Origin: an uncultured Chloroflexia bacterium
GTDB lineage: Bacteria; Chloroflexota; Anaerolineae; B4-G1; SLSP01
DNA: 64,000 nt
Reading direction: 5' to 3'
Assembly (NCBI GenBank): GCA_963751345.1
Contig: CAVVUS010000030.1
Coordinates: 160,001 to 224,000, forward strand
The position numbers and the translations under genes are program-made. Under the pieces are notes generated by a model. It was not told the DNA's origin, did no database searches, and was given only the letters and a program-made list of their open reading frames with translations. Shown piece after piece: positions 43,265-53,671 of the stretch; within the stretch, counting starts at the first letter, position 1; each line of letters starts with the position of its first letter.

Positions 43265-44674
43265 ATGAGTGCTAACCAGGATGCCCTACGCGACATCAAA
43301 GAACAAGAACGCTACGATTTCCGCACGGAGATCGATTACACACACAAATCTCGGCGCGGCATCGGCGAAGATGTGGTGCGCGAGATTTCGGCACTGAAGA
43401 ACGAACCGGAGTGGATGCTGGACTTCCGGCTGAAAGCACTCGACGTCTTCTTCCAGATCCCGATGCCGACCTGGGGCGTCGACCTGGGCGCGCTGGATTT
43501 CGAGCAGTTCTATTACTTTATGCGGGCCACGCCGGCCAGTGAGCGATCCTGGGACGATGTACCTGAAGCGATCAAAGACACGTTCGAGAAGCTGGGTATC
43601 CCGGAGGCGGAGCGTAAGTACCTGGCGGGTGTCGAGACGCAGATGGACTCGGAGTCCGTTTACAGCTCTCTCAAGGCGGAATGGGAAGAGCACGGCATCA
43701 TCTTCGTCGATATGGATACCGCCATCCAGACCTACCCGGAGCTGGTGCAGGCCCACATCAGCAAGGCCGTACCCATCCGCGACAACAAGTTCGCGGCGCT
43801 GAACAGCGCTTTTTGGTCCGGGGGCAGCTTTGTCTACGTGCCGCCGGATGTCGACGTCGAGATCCCGCTCCAGGCCTACTTCCGTATCAACGGCCAAAGC
43901 CTGGGCCAGTTCGAGCGCACGATCATCATCGCCGAAGAGGGCAGCAACGTCCACTATATTGAGGGCTGCACGGCACCGCAGTACACCGAAGCCGCTCTGC
44001 ACACCGGCGTGATCGAGATCTTCGTCAAGAAGGGCGCGCACGCGCGGTACACCACCATCCAGAACTGGTCGCGCAACGTCTACAACCTGGTCACGCAGCG
44101 TGCCCTGGTCGACGAGGATGGCATGATGGAGTGGGTTGACGGCAACCTGGGCAGTGGGGTCACGATGAAGTACCCGGCGGTCATTCTGCGTGGGCCACGC
44201 GCTCACGGTGAGGTGCTTTCGATCGCCTTCGCGGGCGATGACCAGCACTACGATGCCGGCGCAAAGGCGATTCACCTGGCGCCGGACACCACCTCGATCA
44301 TCACCTCCAAGTCCATCAGCAAAGGCAACGGATGGTCCGGGTTCCGCGGTCTGGTACGGGTCGCCCACGGCGCCGAGCGCGCCCAGTCCAAGATCGTCTG
44401 CGACGCGCTCCTGCTGGACCACGACTCGCGGTCGGACACCTACCCTTACATCGACGTCAATGAGGATGACGTCCAGGTCGAGCACGAGGCGACGGTCAGC
44501 AAGATCAGCGAGGACCAGCTCTTCTATCTGATGAGCCGGGGATTGAGCGAGGCCCAGGCGTCGGCTATCATCATCAACGGCTTTCTGGAGCCCTTCGTCA
44601 AAGAGCTGCCGATGGAGTACGCGGTCGAGCTCAACCGGCTGATCCAGCTCCAGATGGAAAGCGCGGTAGGCTAG
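43265..44674 (+). CDS. sufB: Fe-S assembly protein SufB
   Basis: KFAALN.A.WSGGSF, GQFERT, YIEGC, TMKYP, EHEA, LPMEYA. Confidence 0.96.
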   Translation: MSANQDALRDIKEQERYDFRTEIDYTHKSRRGIGEDVVREISALKNEPEWMLDFRLKALDVFFQIPMPTWGVDLGALDFEQFYYFMRATPASERSWDDVPEAIKDTFEKLGIPEAERKYLAGVETQMDSESVYSSLKAEWEEHGIIFVDMDTAIQTYPELVQAHISKAVPIRDNKFAALNSAFWSGGSFVYVPPDVDVEIPLQAYFRINGQSLGQFERTIIIAEEGSNVHYIEGCTAPQYTEAALHTGVIEIFVKKGAHARYTTIQNWSRNVYNLVTQRALVDEDGMMEWVDGNLGSGVTMKYPAVILRGPRAHGEVLSIAFAGDDQHYDAGAKAIHLAPDTTSIITSKSISKGNGWSGFRGLVRVAHGAERAQSKIVCDALLLDHDSRSDTYPYIDVNEDDVQVEHEATVSKISEDQLFYLMSRGLSEAQASAIIINGFLEPFVKELPMEYAVELNRLIQLQMESAVG

Positions 44675-44690
44675 AAGAGGACACACCCAT

Positions 44691-46125
44691 ATGGCCGAAC
44701 GTCTCGACGACTCTCTTTCCGATATCACGCTGGCCTCTCAGGAGGCCTCCCCAACGCCGGCTCAGATCGTGCCAGTGGGGCCTGAGGTCGTGGACATGCT
44801 GTCCGACCTCTACAACGAGCCCGACTGGATGCGCAGTGCCCGGCGAGAGGCCTGGGCGCACTACACGTCGATGGATCTCCCGCACGAAAAAGAGGAGGCC
44901 TGGCGGCGTACGGACCTGAGGGCATATCCCTTGGACTCGCTGCGCGTGGTCTTCTCCGCGCGCGAACTCGACGGCATCTATGACGTGCCACCGTGCTGGG
45001 ACTATGCGTTGGCCCCGGTAGACCAGGTCTCGGGCGTGTTGGTACACTGCAACGGCGCCCGCACCTACGCGTCGATGCGCCGTGACGACGCGCTCAACGG
45101 CGTCGTCCTGGAGGATCTCCACACCGCACTCCGAACCCACAGCGACCTGATTCAAGCGCACTGGATGCAGGGGACAACCACGCGGCCCACCTTCAACAAG
45201 TTCACGGCCCTGAACGCGGCCCTGTGGCACGGCGGGACATTCGTCCACGTGCCCGCCGGCGTGCGGGTGGCACGTCCGCTTCAATCGCTTGTCGCATTGG
45301 ACACGGACGGGGGCACCAGCCTGCATCACACACTCGTGGTTGCGGAGCAGCGGCAGCCGCGTGACCTTGATCCAGGACCGCGTCTCACAGGACCGGCAGG
45401 ACGAGGCCAACGTCGAGGTGGTGGAGATCTACGCCGAGGCCGGCGCCTCGGTACGCTACGTCAGTCTGCAGCACTGGAGTGAGCGCCGCTACTCGGTCAC
45501 GGTACAGGAGGCTCAGGTCAGCCGGAACGCCAACTTTGTCTGGGTAGCCGGTTCGCTCGGGGGCAAGATGACCAAGGACTTCCTGCGCACCGACCTCCAG
45601 GAGCCCGCCGCACGCTCCACGATGGCCGGATTCAGCTTTATGCACGGCGACCAGCACCTGGACCAGAGCACGTACCAGCACCTTCGCGCCCCCGATACGT
45701 ACAGTGATCTGCTCTTTCGTAACGTTCTGCGCGACCATACGCGGACCATCTTCTACGGCATGATCCGCGTGGAGAATGAGGCGGGTGGTGGCACCGAGGG
45801 CTATCAGGCCAACCACAACCTGCTGCTGGACGATGCCCGTGCCCACGCGATTCCGGGTCTCGAGATCCTGGCCAACGACGTCCGCTGCGGACACGGCGCC
45901 ACCGTCTCCCGCATCGACCCCGAGCAGCGCTTCTACCTCGAAGCGCGAGGTCTGCGCCCGGCGGAAGCGGAGAGCCTGATCGTCCAGGGCTTCATCCGCC
46001 CGATCGTCGAGCGCGCGCCCCTGGCGCACGTGCGCCAGCGGATCGAGGACGAAATCGCCGAGCGGTTCTGGATGCAGCAGTCGACCGTACATCAGTACAA
46101 AAGAGCGGGCCCACGTGATACGTGA
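44691..46125 (+). CDS. sufD: Fe-S assembly protein SufD; frameshift near 45350
   Basis: EAWRRTDL, KFTALN, PGLEILANDVRCGHGAT, FYLEARG. Confidence 0.9.
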
Positions 46126-46141
46126 GCCCGCTCTCTTGTTC

Positions 46142-46228
46142 TGGTAGGGCGGGTGGGATTTGAACCCACACGCTCTTGCGAGCAGAGGATTTTAAGTCCA
46201 CGGCGTCTGCCAATTCCGCCACCGCCCC
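46142..46228 (-). tRNA. tRNA-Leu(TAA)
   Basis: GGGGCGGTGGCGGAATTGGCAGACG...ctTAAaa, long variable arm, CCA end. Confidence 0.93.
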
Positions 46229-46290
46229 ATGAGGTTGTCCCTGTTAAGACAAACGGGCATCCCGAAGATGCCCGCATGTGCTGTAAGCAG

Positions 46291-46362
46291 AGGCGACGGT
46301 CGGAATCGAACCGACGAATAAGGCTTTTGCAGAGCCCTGCCTTGCCGCTTGGCTACGTCGCC
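46291..46362 (-). tRNA. tRNA-Cys(GCA)
   Basis: GGCGACGTAGCCAAG...ctGCAaa...GTTCGATTCC, U discriminator. Confidence 0.95.
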
Positions 46363-46365
46363 GAG

Positions 46366-46437
46366 AGCGGGCTAAGGGGTTCGAACCCTTGACCTTCTCC
46401 TTGGCAAGGAGACATTCTACCGCTGAACTAAGCCCGC
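46366..46437 (-). tRNA. tRNA-Gly(GCC)
   Basis: GCGGGCTTAGTTCAG...ttGCCaa; first of a Gly-Cys-Leu cluster. Confidence 0.95.
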
Positions 46438-46640
46438 AAGCAAGAAGCATTATACAACAACACCCTGAAGTTTGGCAACTACAATTCGGACACGAAACCA
46501 GCCACTTTCCCAGGTCTCCGGACATGCTAGAATGCCGAGCGGCAACGGCGTTGGCGTAAGGCTGCGTTAGCCCGCCCCACCCGCCATCGTCATTCCATGA
46601 AGCATATCGGCCTCATCTCGGAACCACACGGAGCTAAATA

Positions 46641-48041
46641 ATGGACTCATGGGTCAGACTGTTTCTGGGAGGCGCAGGGCTGTTGATGTCCCTGGGTCTT
46701 GGCATCTTCGCCGTCCAGAGCTGGCGTGAACGCGAGCGTCGCGCGACACGCATCGCCCTGGGATTGACGGGGCTGACGTTGGCGCTGACCGGTGTCGCCG
46801 TCTCACTGCCCGCCGCCGCGCGAATGGTGCTCGCCGGCGTGCTCTTGGCCGGCGCGGCGCTCATTGGGGCGCTTCTGATCTTGCCGGTGGGACGGGTCGT
46901 GCGGGGCAACGACACGCCGCAGACGCGGGTAGACGAACGGGAGATCATGTTCGCGCGAGCCCGGCTCCGGCCCGGCAGCCCGGAGTACAAAGCCTACTAC
47001 ACGCTGCACCCCGACCACGAGGCCGTGGATGCGCGGATTCGAGCCCTGCCGGGCCTGCTCTCACCTGGGGCGCAAAAGGCCCATCCGTTACATTTCACGG
47101 CGACCGAGGCGAGCTTCCTCATTCCGGAGGCGCTGCGGGATTGGGTGGACGGCGAGGTGGCGCCGACCGCCGTGCCGCTGACGCCGCAGGCCGCGACGAC
47201 CTATCTCAAGGGCCTGGCCCGCACCTATGGCGCGCGGACGGTGGGCATCACGAAGCTGCAACCCTATCACGTCTACTCGCACATCGGGCGCGGCAGTGGG
47301 GAATACGGCGCTCCCCTGCCGGTCGAGCACCGCTATGCACTCGCCTTCACGGTCGAGATGGCCCACGACCTGGTCGGCACCGCGCCGGAAGCCCCCACGT
47401 CCCTGGAAACAGCCAAGGAATACGCGGCGGCGGCACAGATCGCGGTGGAACTGGCGGCCTTCATCCGCGCGCTGGGCTACCCGGCGCGGGCCCACATCGA
47501 CGGCAACTACCGGGTCATCGCGCCCCTGGTGGCCCGCGATGCCGGGCTTGGTGAGATCGGCCGCATGGGCATTCTGATGACGCCTGACCTGGGGCCGCGG
47601 GTACGTCTCGCCGTGGTCACGACCGATCTGCCGTTGGTGGTGGATGATCGTGAGCCACGCGACGACATCCTGGACTTCTGCCGGATCTGCAAGAAATGCG
47701 CCGAGAACTGCCCCAGCCGAGCCATCCCCTTCGAGGACCGGCGGGAAATCGCCGGTGCGCTCCGATGGAAGATCGACAGCGTCCGCTGCTTTCACTACTG
47801 GAACGTCATCGGGACGGATTGCGGACGGTGCATGAGCGTCTGTCCCTACTCACACCCGGATACCTTGAGTCACAATCTGGTACGGTGGGCCACTCGTCAT
47901 TCGGGCGTCGCGCGCCGCGTCGTCCTGCGCCTCGACGATCTCTTCTACGGGCGCAGTCCTGCCCAGCGTCCGGCGCCGGAATGGACAAAGGTGGATATCT
48001 CCCAAGTAGGTCAGGATCCGATCATAGCCATGCGTCCGTAG
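46641..48041 (+). CDS. Reductive dehalogenase-like cobalamin/2x[4Fe-4S] protein with 3 N-terminal TMs
   Basis: DEREIMFAR, IRALGYPA.AH, AGLGEIGR, GPRVR..V.TDLPL, FCRICKKCAENCP, DCGRCMSVCPY. Confidence 0.8.
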   Translation: MDSWVRLFLGGAGLLMSLGLGIFAVQSWRERERRATRIALGLTGLTLALTGVAVSLPAAARMVLAGVLLAGAALIGALLILPVGRVVRGNDTPQTRVDEREIMFARARLRPGSPEYKAYYTLHPDHEAVDARIRALPGLLSPGAQKAHPLHFTATEASFLIPEALRDWVDGEVAPTAVPLTPQAATTYLKGLARTYGARTVGITKLQPYHVYSHIGRGSGEYGAPLPVEHRYALAFTVEMAHDLVGTAPEAPTSLETAKEYAAAAQIAVELAAFIRALGYPARAHIDGNYRVIAPLVARDAGLGEIGRMGILMTPDLGPRVRLAVVTTDLPLVVDDREPRDDILDFCRICKKCAENCPSRAIPFEDRREIAGALRWKIDSVRCFHYWNVIGTDCGRCMSVCPYSHPDTLSHNLVRWATRHSGVARRVVLRLDDLFYGRSPAQRPAPEWTKVDISQVGQDPIIAMRP

Positions 48042-48823
48042 CCCATCACCGCAGCGACCAACGATGCGATCGTCCCCGTCGTGACAACACCCAGCGCCAC
48101 GAAGTCCAGCGCCTGCAGGCGCAGCGTGCGCAGAGAAGTACGGTTCTTGTTACCGTACCCGCGCAACTCCATGCAGAGCCCAAGGCGTTCGGCTTTCTCG
48201 ATGGCGATAAAGACGATGGGCAGCGCGATCGGCCCAAGGGCCTGCAGCTTCTTGAGGGGATTCCATCCTTCGATAGCATACGCGCGCGACCGTTGCGCCT
48301 GAGAGATCGTGTTGACCTCCGAGAGAATCACGGGCATAAAGCGCAGCGCGGTGGTGAACATAAACGCATAGTCATAGGGCACGTGCAGTGTATCGACCAG
48401 TGCCATCACGATGTCGCGGGGTTGTGTCGTGGTAAGCAGGACCGGCATCGTGCTCATCAGACCGAGCATGCGCAGGCTCACGGCGAAGCCATATCGGATT
48501 CCCCCGTCCGTCACCGGCAATGCCCCCCCGACCAGGGGCCACTTCTCAGGAAAGATTGTGAAGAGCACGCGACCCTCAGGTCGGAAGAGAACCTGAAGAA
48601 TGAAAACCACGCCGGATATGACCAGTAGCGCGGATAGGTAACTCAGCGTTTCCTTGCCTACCCTACCGATGAAGGAGACGACGACGACACTGAGTACCAC
48701 GCCCACGAGATACCAGGGATTGTTGAAGACAAGCGTCAGAATCAGCATGGCGAAGGCCCATATCAACTTGGTCAGAGGATGAAGTCGATGCAGGGGTGAT
48801 GAAAGCGGTATATACTCGAGCAT
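48011..48823 (-). CDS. ecfT: ECF transporter T component
   Basis: LHRLHP..K, LRFMP, AQRSRA, MELRGY. Confidence 0.9.
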   Translation of the reverse strand: MLEYIPLSSPLHRLHPLTKLIWAFAMLILTLVFNNPWYLVGVVLSVVVVSFIGRVGKETLSYLSALLVISGVVFILQVLFRPEGRVLFTIFPEKWPLVGGALPVTDGGIRYGFAVSLRMLGLMSTMPVLLTTTQPRDIVMALVDTLHVPYDYAFMFTTALRFMPVILSEVNTISQAQRSRAYAIEGWNPLKKLQALGPIALPIVFIAIEKAERLGLCMELRGYGNKNRTSLRTLRLQALDFVALGVVTTGTIASLVAAVMGYGRMAMIGS

Positions 48824-48826
48824 AGA

Positions 48827-49675
48827 TCAGGGCCTCCCTACAGGTTCTTCCGACGGTCTCTGCAGCAGAGCCAGCGTTTGGTCCACCATCTCCCTTACAG
48901 AGAGCGCGGTGGTCGGATACAACTCCCTGAATGCATACCAAATCTCGGTGATCTGCGGTGGCGCCAAGAAGGTCGTCCGCAGCGTTTCGACCTCACGAAA
49001 GACATCGCGCGTGGGACCGTCAAGGAGCACCTGCCCATCACGCAAGACGATCACACGCTCGGCGAACCGCGCAACCATCGGCATATCGTGGGTGATGAAG
49101 ATGATGGTGTGGCCCTCCTGATTGAGCTTAGCGATGAGCTCCAGCATCTCGATCCCGTCCTGGTAGTCCTGGCCCGTGGTTGGCTCATCGACGACCAGCA
49201 CCGCGGGATGCATGGCGATGACCGATGCCACCGCCAGACGCTGGCGCAACCCTTTGCTCAGGTCGCGGGGATGCCGATCCCGCAGGTCGTCCATGCCTAC
49301 GGCTAACAGCGCTTCCGAAACGCGACTCTCGATCTCTTCCGGCGGCAACTTCAGGTTACGAGGCCCATAGGAGACCTCTTCTTCGACGGACTCACAGAAG
49401 ATCTGATGATCGGGATTCTGGAAGCAGTAACCCACGTGATGGGCCATCTCGGAGACCTTGCGTTGGGCCACGTCCAGCCCATCGACATAGACGCTGCCCT
49501 GAGTTGGTTTCAATAGCCCATTGAGGTGTTTGACAAACGTGGTCTTTCCCGAACCGTTCTGGCCGATGATGGCCACGAATTCCCCCGGTTGAACCGTGAC
49601 GTCGATACCACGGAGTGCGTGGGTGCCATCTGGGTATTGGTGATGTAAGTCTCTAACTTCGATCGTGCCATCCAT
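48827..49675 (-). CDS. ECF transporter ATPase
   Basis: GQNGSGKT, FQNPDHQI, LSKG, DEPTTGQD. Confidence 0.9.
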   Translation of the reverse strand: MDGTIEVRDLHHQYPDGTHALRGIDVTVQPGEFVAIIGQNGSGKTTFVKHLNGLLKPTQGSVYVDGLDVAQRKVSEMAHHVGYCFQNPDHQIFCESVEEEVSYGPRNLKLPPEEIESRVSEALLAVGMDDLRDRHPRDLSKGLRQRLAVASVIAMHPAVLVVDEPTTGQDYQDGIEMLELIAKLNQEGHTIIFITHDMPMVARFAERVIVLRDGQVLLDGPTRDVFREVETLRTTFLAPPQITEIWYAFRELYPTTALSVREMVDQTLALLQRPSEEPVGRP

Positions 49676-50546
49676 CAGACGACGCCCCCCTCCACCAACA
49701 AGCTCCGCAGGAACATAACACCTTCCGCCGCAGTCAGGGGGAGGGTCTTCGGATCCAACGCTACCCCCAGGCGAGCCTGGAGGCTCATCGCCAGATCGAC
49801 AGCGTGGGGTACCCGCATACCTGTCGATTCCAGCACGCTGTGCTGCTGGCAAATCTCACGTGTGGGGCCGATCAGCCGCACCTCACCCCCGGCCAACAGA
49901 TGATGCGATCGGCGCTTTCAACGAGCCGCTCGACATTCTGAGAGATGACGATCACTGTGATCCCGAGCTCATCGTTCAACTGGCGCAAAGCGGAGAAGAC
50001 CTCGTCTGTGCCTATAGGATCCAGCTCGGATGTGGGTTCGTCCAGGAGAAGCACCCGCGGGCGCATCGCCAGCACCGCAGCGATCGCCACGCGCTGTTTC
50101 TGCCCGCCGGAGAGAGTGCTGATCGCGCGCTCCCGCAAATGACCGATACTCACCATATCAAGCGCAGCGACGAGCCGTGCTTCGATCTCATCCGGCGGGA
50201 TGCCCAGGTTCTCCGGCCCAAAGGCTACTTCTTCCTCTACCGAGATGGAGACCATTTGGAAATCAGGGTCTTCGAAGACCGTGCCAACGTGGCCCGCCAA
50301 TGTCAGGAACGAAGCTTCGGCGACTTCGATCCCATCCAGTGTGACCCGTCCCTCGAGGCTTCCACCATAGTAGTGTGGGATGATGCCATTCAGGCAGCTC
50401 AGTAACGTCGTCTTTCCGGCACCTGCGGGCCCCGTGATCCCGACGAACTCCCCTTCCGCTACTGAGAAATTGATATGCCGCAGGGCGGCTTCTTTACCGC
50501 GCTTATACTGAAAGCTGAGGTCTTCAACTGTAATAATCTCTGTCAT
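49675..50546 (-). CDS. ECF transporter ATPase; frameshift near 49895
   Basis: GPAGAGKT, LSGGQKQR, LDEPTSELD. Confidence 0.88.
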
Positions 50547-50651
50547 CTATTACATCCTATATCCAGAATTCACCATCTGCCTGCGATGGCCATTGCGCCT
50601 TCATACCGGAACGGCCCCCCGGGCCAAGAGAACCTAGGTCACGACGTTAAG

Positions 50652-51161
50652 CTAGCTGTTCCGTTCCAGAAGGGCTTTTGCCGGAGGATAGAGGATCATG
50701 CAGATGATGACGCTGGACAGCGTAGATAGCAGGACTTGGGTCCATCCGGCAGTCAGGTACACCTGGAAGGGGAAGATCTGCGCGACCAGCATCCCGGTGA
50801 TAAAGATGCCACCACCGATGGCGCCATACGCCGCAGATCCCAGCGCAGGCTTGAACGGCACGGCCCCGATCTTCAAGTCCGTCGGCAACGCAGCGACGAG
50901 TGTCGCGAGCAGCGCGCCGATGGCGTGTGCAGGAATATTGAACCAAGCAATGGACGACTTCGAAAAGAACATAGCCAGGACGCCGGCGACGATACCAATG
51001 CCAAGTCCGGCACCCGGCTTTGGTACGATTAACAGAATTGCTAATGCGGAGAAGGTCACGACGGTATCGGGCGTGATGACCCCGAGATTCGGCATGAACG
51101 CATTCAAGACAGCACCAATCGCCAGGAGAATGGCGACCAACGCGAGATCTCTGCTCTTCAT
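50652..51161 (-). CDS. ECF S component, TrpP-like tryptophan transporter
   Basis: MKSRDL.LVAILLAIGAVL..F.P...PD pattern like B. subtilis TrpP; trpS/trpB context. Confidence 0.65.
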   Translation of the reverse strand: MKSRDLALVAILLAIGAVLNAFMPNLGVITPDTVVTFSALAILLIVPKPGAGLGIGIVAGVLAMFFSKSSIAWFNIPAHAIGALLATLVAALPTDLKIGAVPFKPALGSAAYGAIGGGIFITGMLVAQIFPFQVYLTAGWTQVLLSTLSSVIICMILYPPAKALLERNS

Positions 51162-51338
51162 CTATGAAACTCCTTTGGAAATTCTTGGCTGGTTGGTCTT
51201 GGCGGGGGGCCGGGACCGAATGCGTGCTCTGCCGTGTGCACGGGTTGGAACACGCAAATCGGTACAAATATAGAGATCCGTCCGTCCGTGTCAAGTACTA
51301 ATCCACAAGAAGACCACTCACAGCAGTCTTGGCGTTGC

Positions 51339-51367
51339 TTGACTTTCCGGCTGTGTTGTGCTATAAA
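51339..51367 (+). promoter_or_regulatory. sigma70 promoter of the T-box/trpS unit
   Basis: TTGACT, 17 nt, TGcTATAAA. Confidence 0.6.
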
Positions 51368-51375
51368 GTAGGTGT

Positions 51376-51708
51376 CAAAGGCTGAGATCGGGAGAAGTAC
51401 ATACTCAACGAGGGTTCAGAGAGCCGGCGCTTGGTGCGAGTCCGGTCCCGACGAGAGTATCGAATGGCCCCAGGAGTTGCTCGCCGAAAGCGTCTGTAAG
51501 GTAGGGCGCAAGTAGTCCGAGACGGAGACGCCACCGTTATCAGGGCGTAGGGCATCGCATATTGAGGTGCTGTGCCCGAAACGAGTGAGGCTGGCTTGAC
51601 CCGATGACGCGCTTTCACAGCGCGTTTTTTCATGGGATCAGGGGCCTAATCAGGGTGGCACCACGGGCAATTGAGCGCTCGTCCCTTTTTGGGGACGGGC
51701 GTTTTTTC
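51376..51708 (+). promoter_or_regulatory. Trp T-box riboswitch
   Basis: AGAG...GGTGCGA stem I motifs, specifier GAA-TGG (Trp) near 51462, T-box AGGGTGGCACCACG near 51652, terminator cgtccc/gggacg + T-run. Confidence 0.88.
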
Positions 51709-51766
51709 GTTCCAGGGCACAGGCACAGCAAGTCGCGCAGACAACGAGAAGAAGAAGGAGAAGCAT

Positions 51767-52840
51767 ATGAGCGAGGCTAAGAAGCGAATACTGACGGGAG
51801 ATCGTCCAACGGGCAAGCTCCACCTGGGTCACTTCGTGGGCAGCCTGAAGAACCGGGTGGCGCTGCAGGACGCCTATGACTGTTACTTCATCATCGCCGA
51901 CTTGCACACCCTGACGACGAAGTCGGAGCGCGAGGATCTCGAGGTCCTCGACGATAACATCTACAACGTCGTCCTCGACTACCTGGCCGTGGGCATCGAT
52001 CCCGAGAAGAGCACCATCTTCCTGCAGTCCGCGATCCCCCAGGAGTACGAACTGACCCTGCTTTTCGGCAACCTGGTCAGCCTGCCGCGACTGTCGCGGC
52101 TGCCAAGTATCAAGGATATGGCCCGCGCCGCCCACCTGGACGAGGAGACGGTGCCCTTTGGCCTGATCGGCTATCCCGTCCTTCAGGCCGCTGACATCCT
52201 GCTGCCCCGCGCGCATCTCGTGCCGGTGGGCAAGGACAACGAGGCGCACGTCGAGATCACGCGCGAGATCGCCCGCCGCTTCAACCGGATGTACGACGCG
52301 GAGGTCTTCCCGGTGCCGGATGTGATGATCGGCGAGGTGCCGACGCTGGTCGGCACCGACGGCCAGGCGAAGATGAGCAAGTCGCTGGACAACGCGATCC
52401 TGCTCTCCGACGACGCCAAGACCGTCGAGGAGAAGGTGCGCGGGATGTACACCGACCCCAACCGCATCCGCGCCGACATCCCGGGACGCGTCGAGGGCAA
52501 CCCGGTCTTCATCTACCACGACGCCTTCAACCCGGACGTCGACGAGATCAACGATCTGAAGGAGCGGTATCTGCTGGGTAAGGTCGGCGACGTCGAGGTC
52601 AAGCGCAAGTTGGCCCGTGCGATCAACGCGTTCCTCGACCCCATCCGCGAGCGACGCGAAGCCTATGCCTCCAAGCCGGGGCTTGTCGAGGAGATCCTGG
52701 TTGACGGCACGCGACGGATGCAGCAGGAGGCCGAGCGGACGCTCGACATGGTCTACGGCGCGATGGGGCTCGCGGGACCGCGGCTGCGCAAGGTACTGCA
52801 GGGCAAGTCAGACAGCTTCCGCCTGCGGGCTGGGGAGTAA
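51767..52840 (+). CDS. trpS: Tryptophan--tRNA ligase
   Basis: [27 protein letters not shown]. Confidence 0.96.
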   Translation: MSEAKKRILTGDRPTGKLHLGHFVGSLKNRVALQDAYDCYFIIADLHTLTTKSEREDLEVLDDNIYNVVLDYLAVGIDPEKSTIFLQSAIPQEYELTLLFGNLVSLPRLSRLPSIKDMARAAHLDEETVPFGLIGYPVLQAADILLPRAHLVPVGKDNEAHVEITREIARRFNRMYDAEVFPVPDVMIGEVPTLVGTDGQAKMSKSLDNAILLSDDAKTVEEKVRGMYTDPNRIRADIPGRVEGNPVFIYHDAFNPDVDEINDLKERYLLGKVGDVEVKRKLARAINAFLDPIRERREAYASKPGLVEEILVDGTRRMQQEAERTLDMVYGAMGLAGPRLRKVLQGKSDSFRLRAGE

Positions 52841-52861
52841 TCACCCCACAAGGAGCATGAG

Positions 52862-53626
52862 ATGTATATCACGAGCGTTCGGCTTTACACCGAGCATTAC
52901 CCGACGAACCGGTACTACCCGTTCAACGTCCCGATTCTCAGGACGACGTCTCGGCTGACCTTTCGTGGCCCGGTCACGTTCTTTGTCGGCGATAACGGCT
53001 CGGGGAAGTCAACGCTGCTGGAGGCCATCACGCGCAAGTGCGGTGTCAACGTCTGGGACACGCTCAAGCGTCACCGCGCTCACGAGAACCCCTATGAGAC
53101 CCGCCTCGCCGACTTCATCGAGGTCGATTGGGGCAGTGAGCACGTCGCTGGATCGCTCTTCCGGGCCGAGACCTTCCACGAGGTCGCAGATTTCCTCGAT
53201 GACGTGGCGATCTGCGACCCCGGTCGGCTGCAGTATCACGGGGGTCAGTTGCTGAACACGCTTTCCCACGGTCAGGGGATGCTGAGCTACTTCAGTGGTC
53301 GCTACGATCGCAAAGGGCTTTACTTGCTGGATGAGCCTGAGGCAGCCCTGTCGCCTACCAGCCAGGTGACGTTCCTCAAGCTCCTGCAGCGATTCTCAGC
53401 CGGAGGACAGGCCCAGTTCGTCATTGCTACGCATTCTCCAATTCTGTTGGCGCTACCCGGGGCCCAGATCTTCAGTTTCGACGGGCCCCGCATTCAGGAG
53501 GTGAGTTACGAGGAGACCGAGCACTACAAGGTGTACAAGCAGTTCTTCGCCGACCGGGACAGGCTCCTAGATCAGGAAACGCCGGCCAAGGAAGAGGGAG
53601 AGAGGGAAACGGTATCACTACCGTAG
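52862..53626 (+). CDS. ABC/AAA ATPase (COG3910-like)
   Basis: GDNGSGKST, FRAE, SHGQ, LLDEPEAALSP, ATHSP. Confidence 0.85.
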   Translation: MYITSVRLYTEHYPTNRYYPFNVPILRTTSRLTFRGPVTFFVGDNGSGKSTLLEAITRKCGVNVWDTLKRHRAHENPYETRLADFIEVDWGSEHVAGSLFRAETFHEVADFLDDVAICDPGRLQYHGGQLLNTLSHGQGMLSYFSGRYDRKGLYLLDEPEAALSPTSQVTFLKLLQRFSAGGQAQFVIATHSPILLALPGAQIFSFDGPRIQEVSYEETEHYKVYKQFFADRDRLLDQETPAKEEGERETVSLP

Positions 53627-53671
53627 CCCACGACGGACAGAAGAAACCATAGCCCAGAAGGAGTGATTGAG

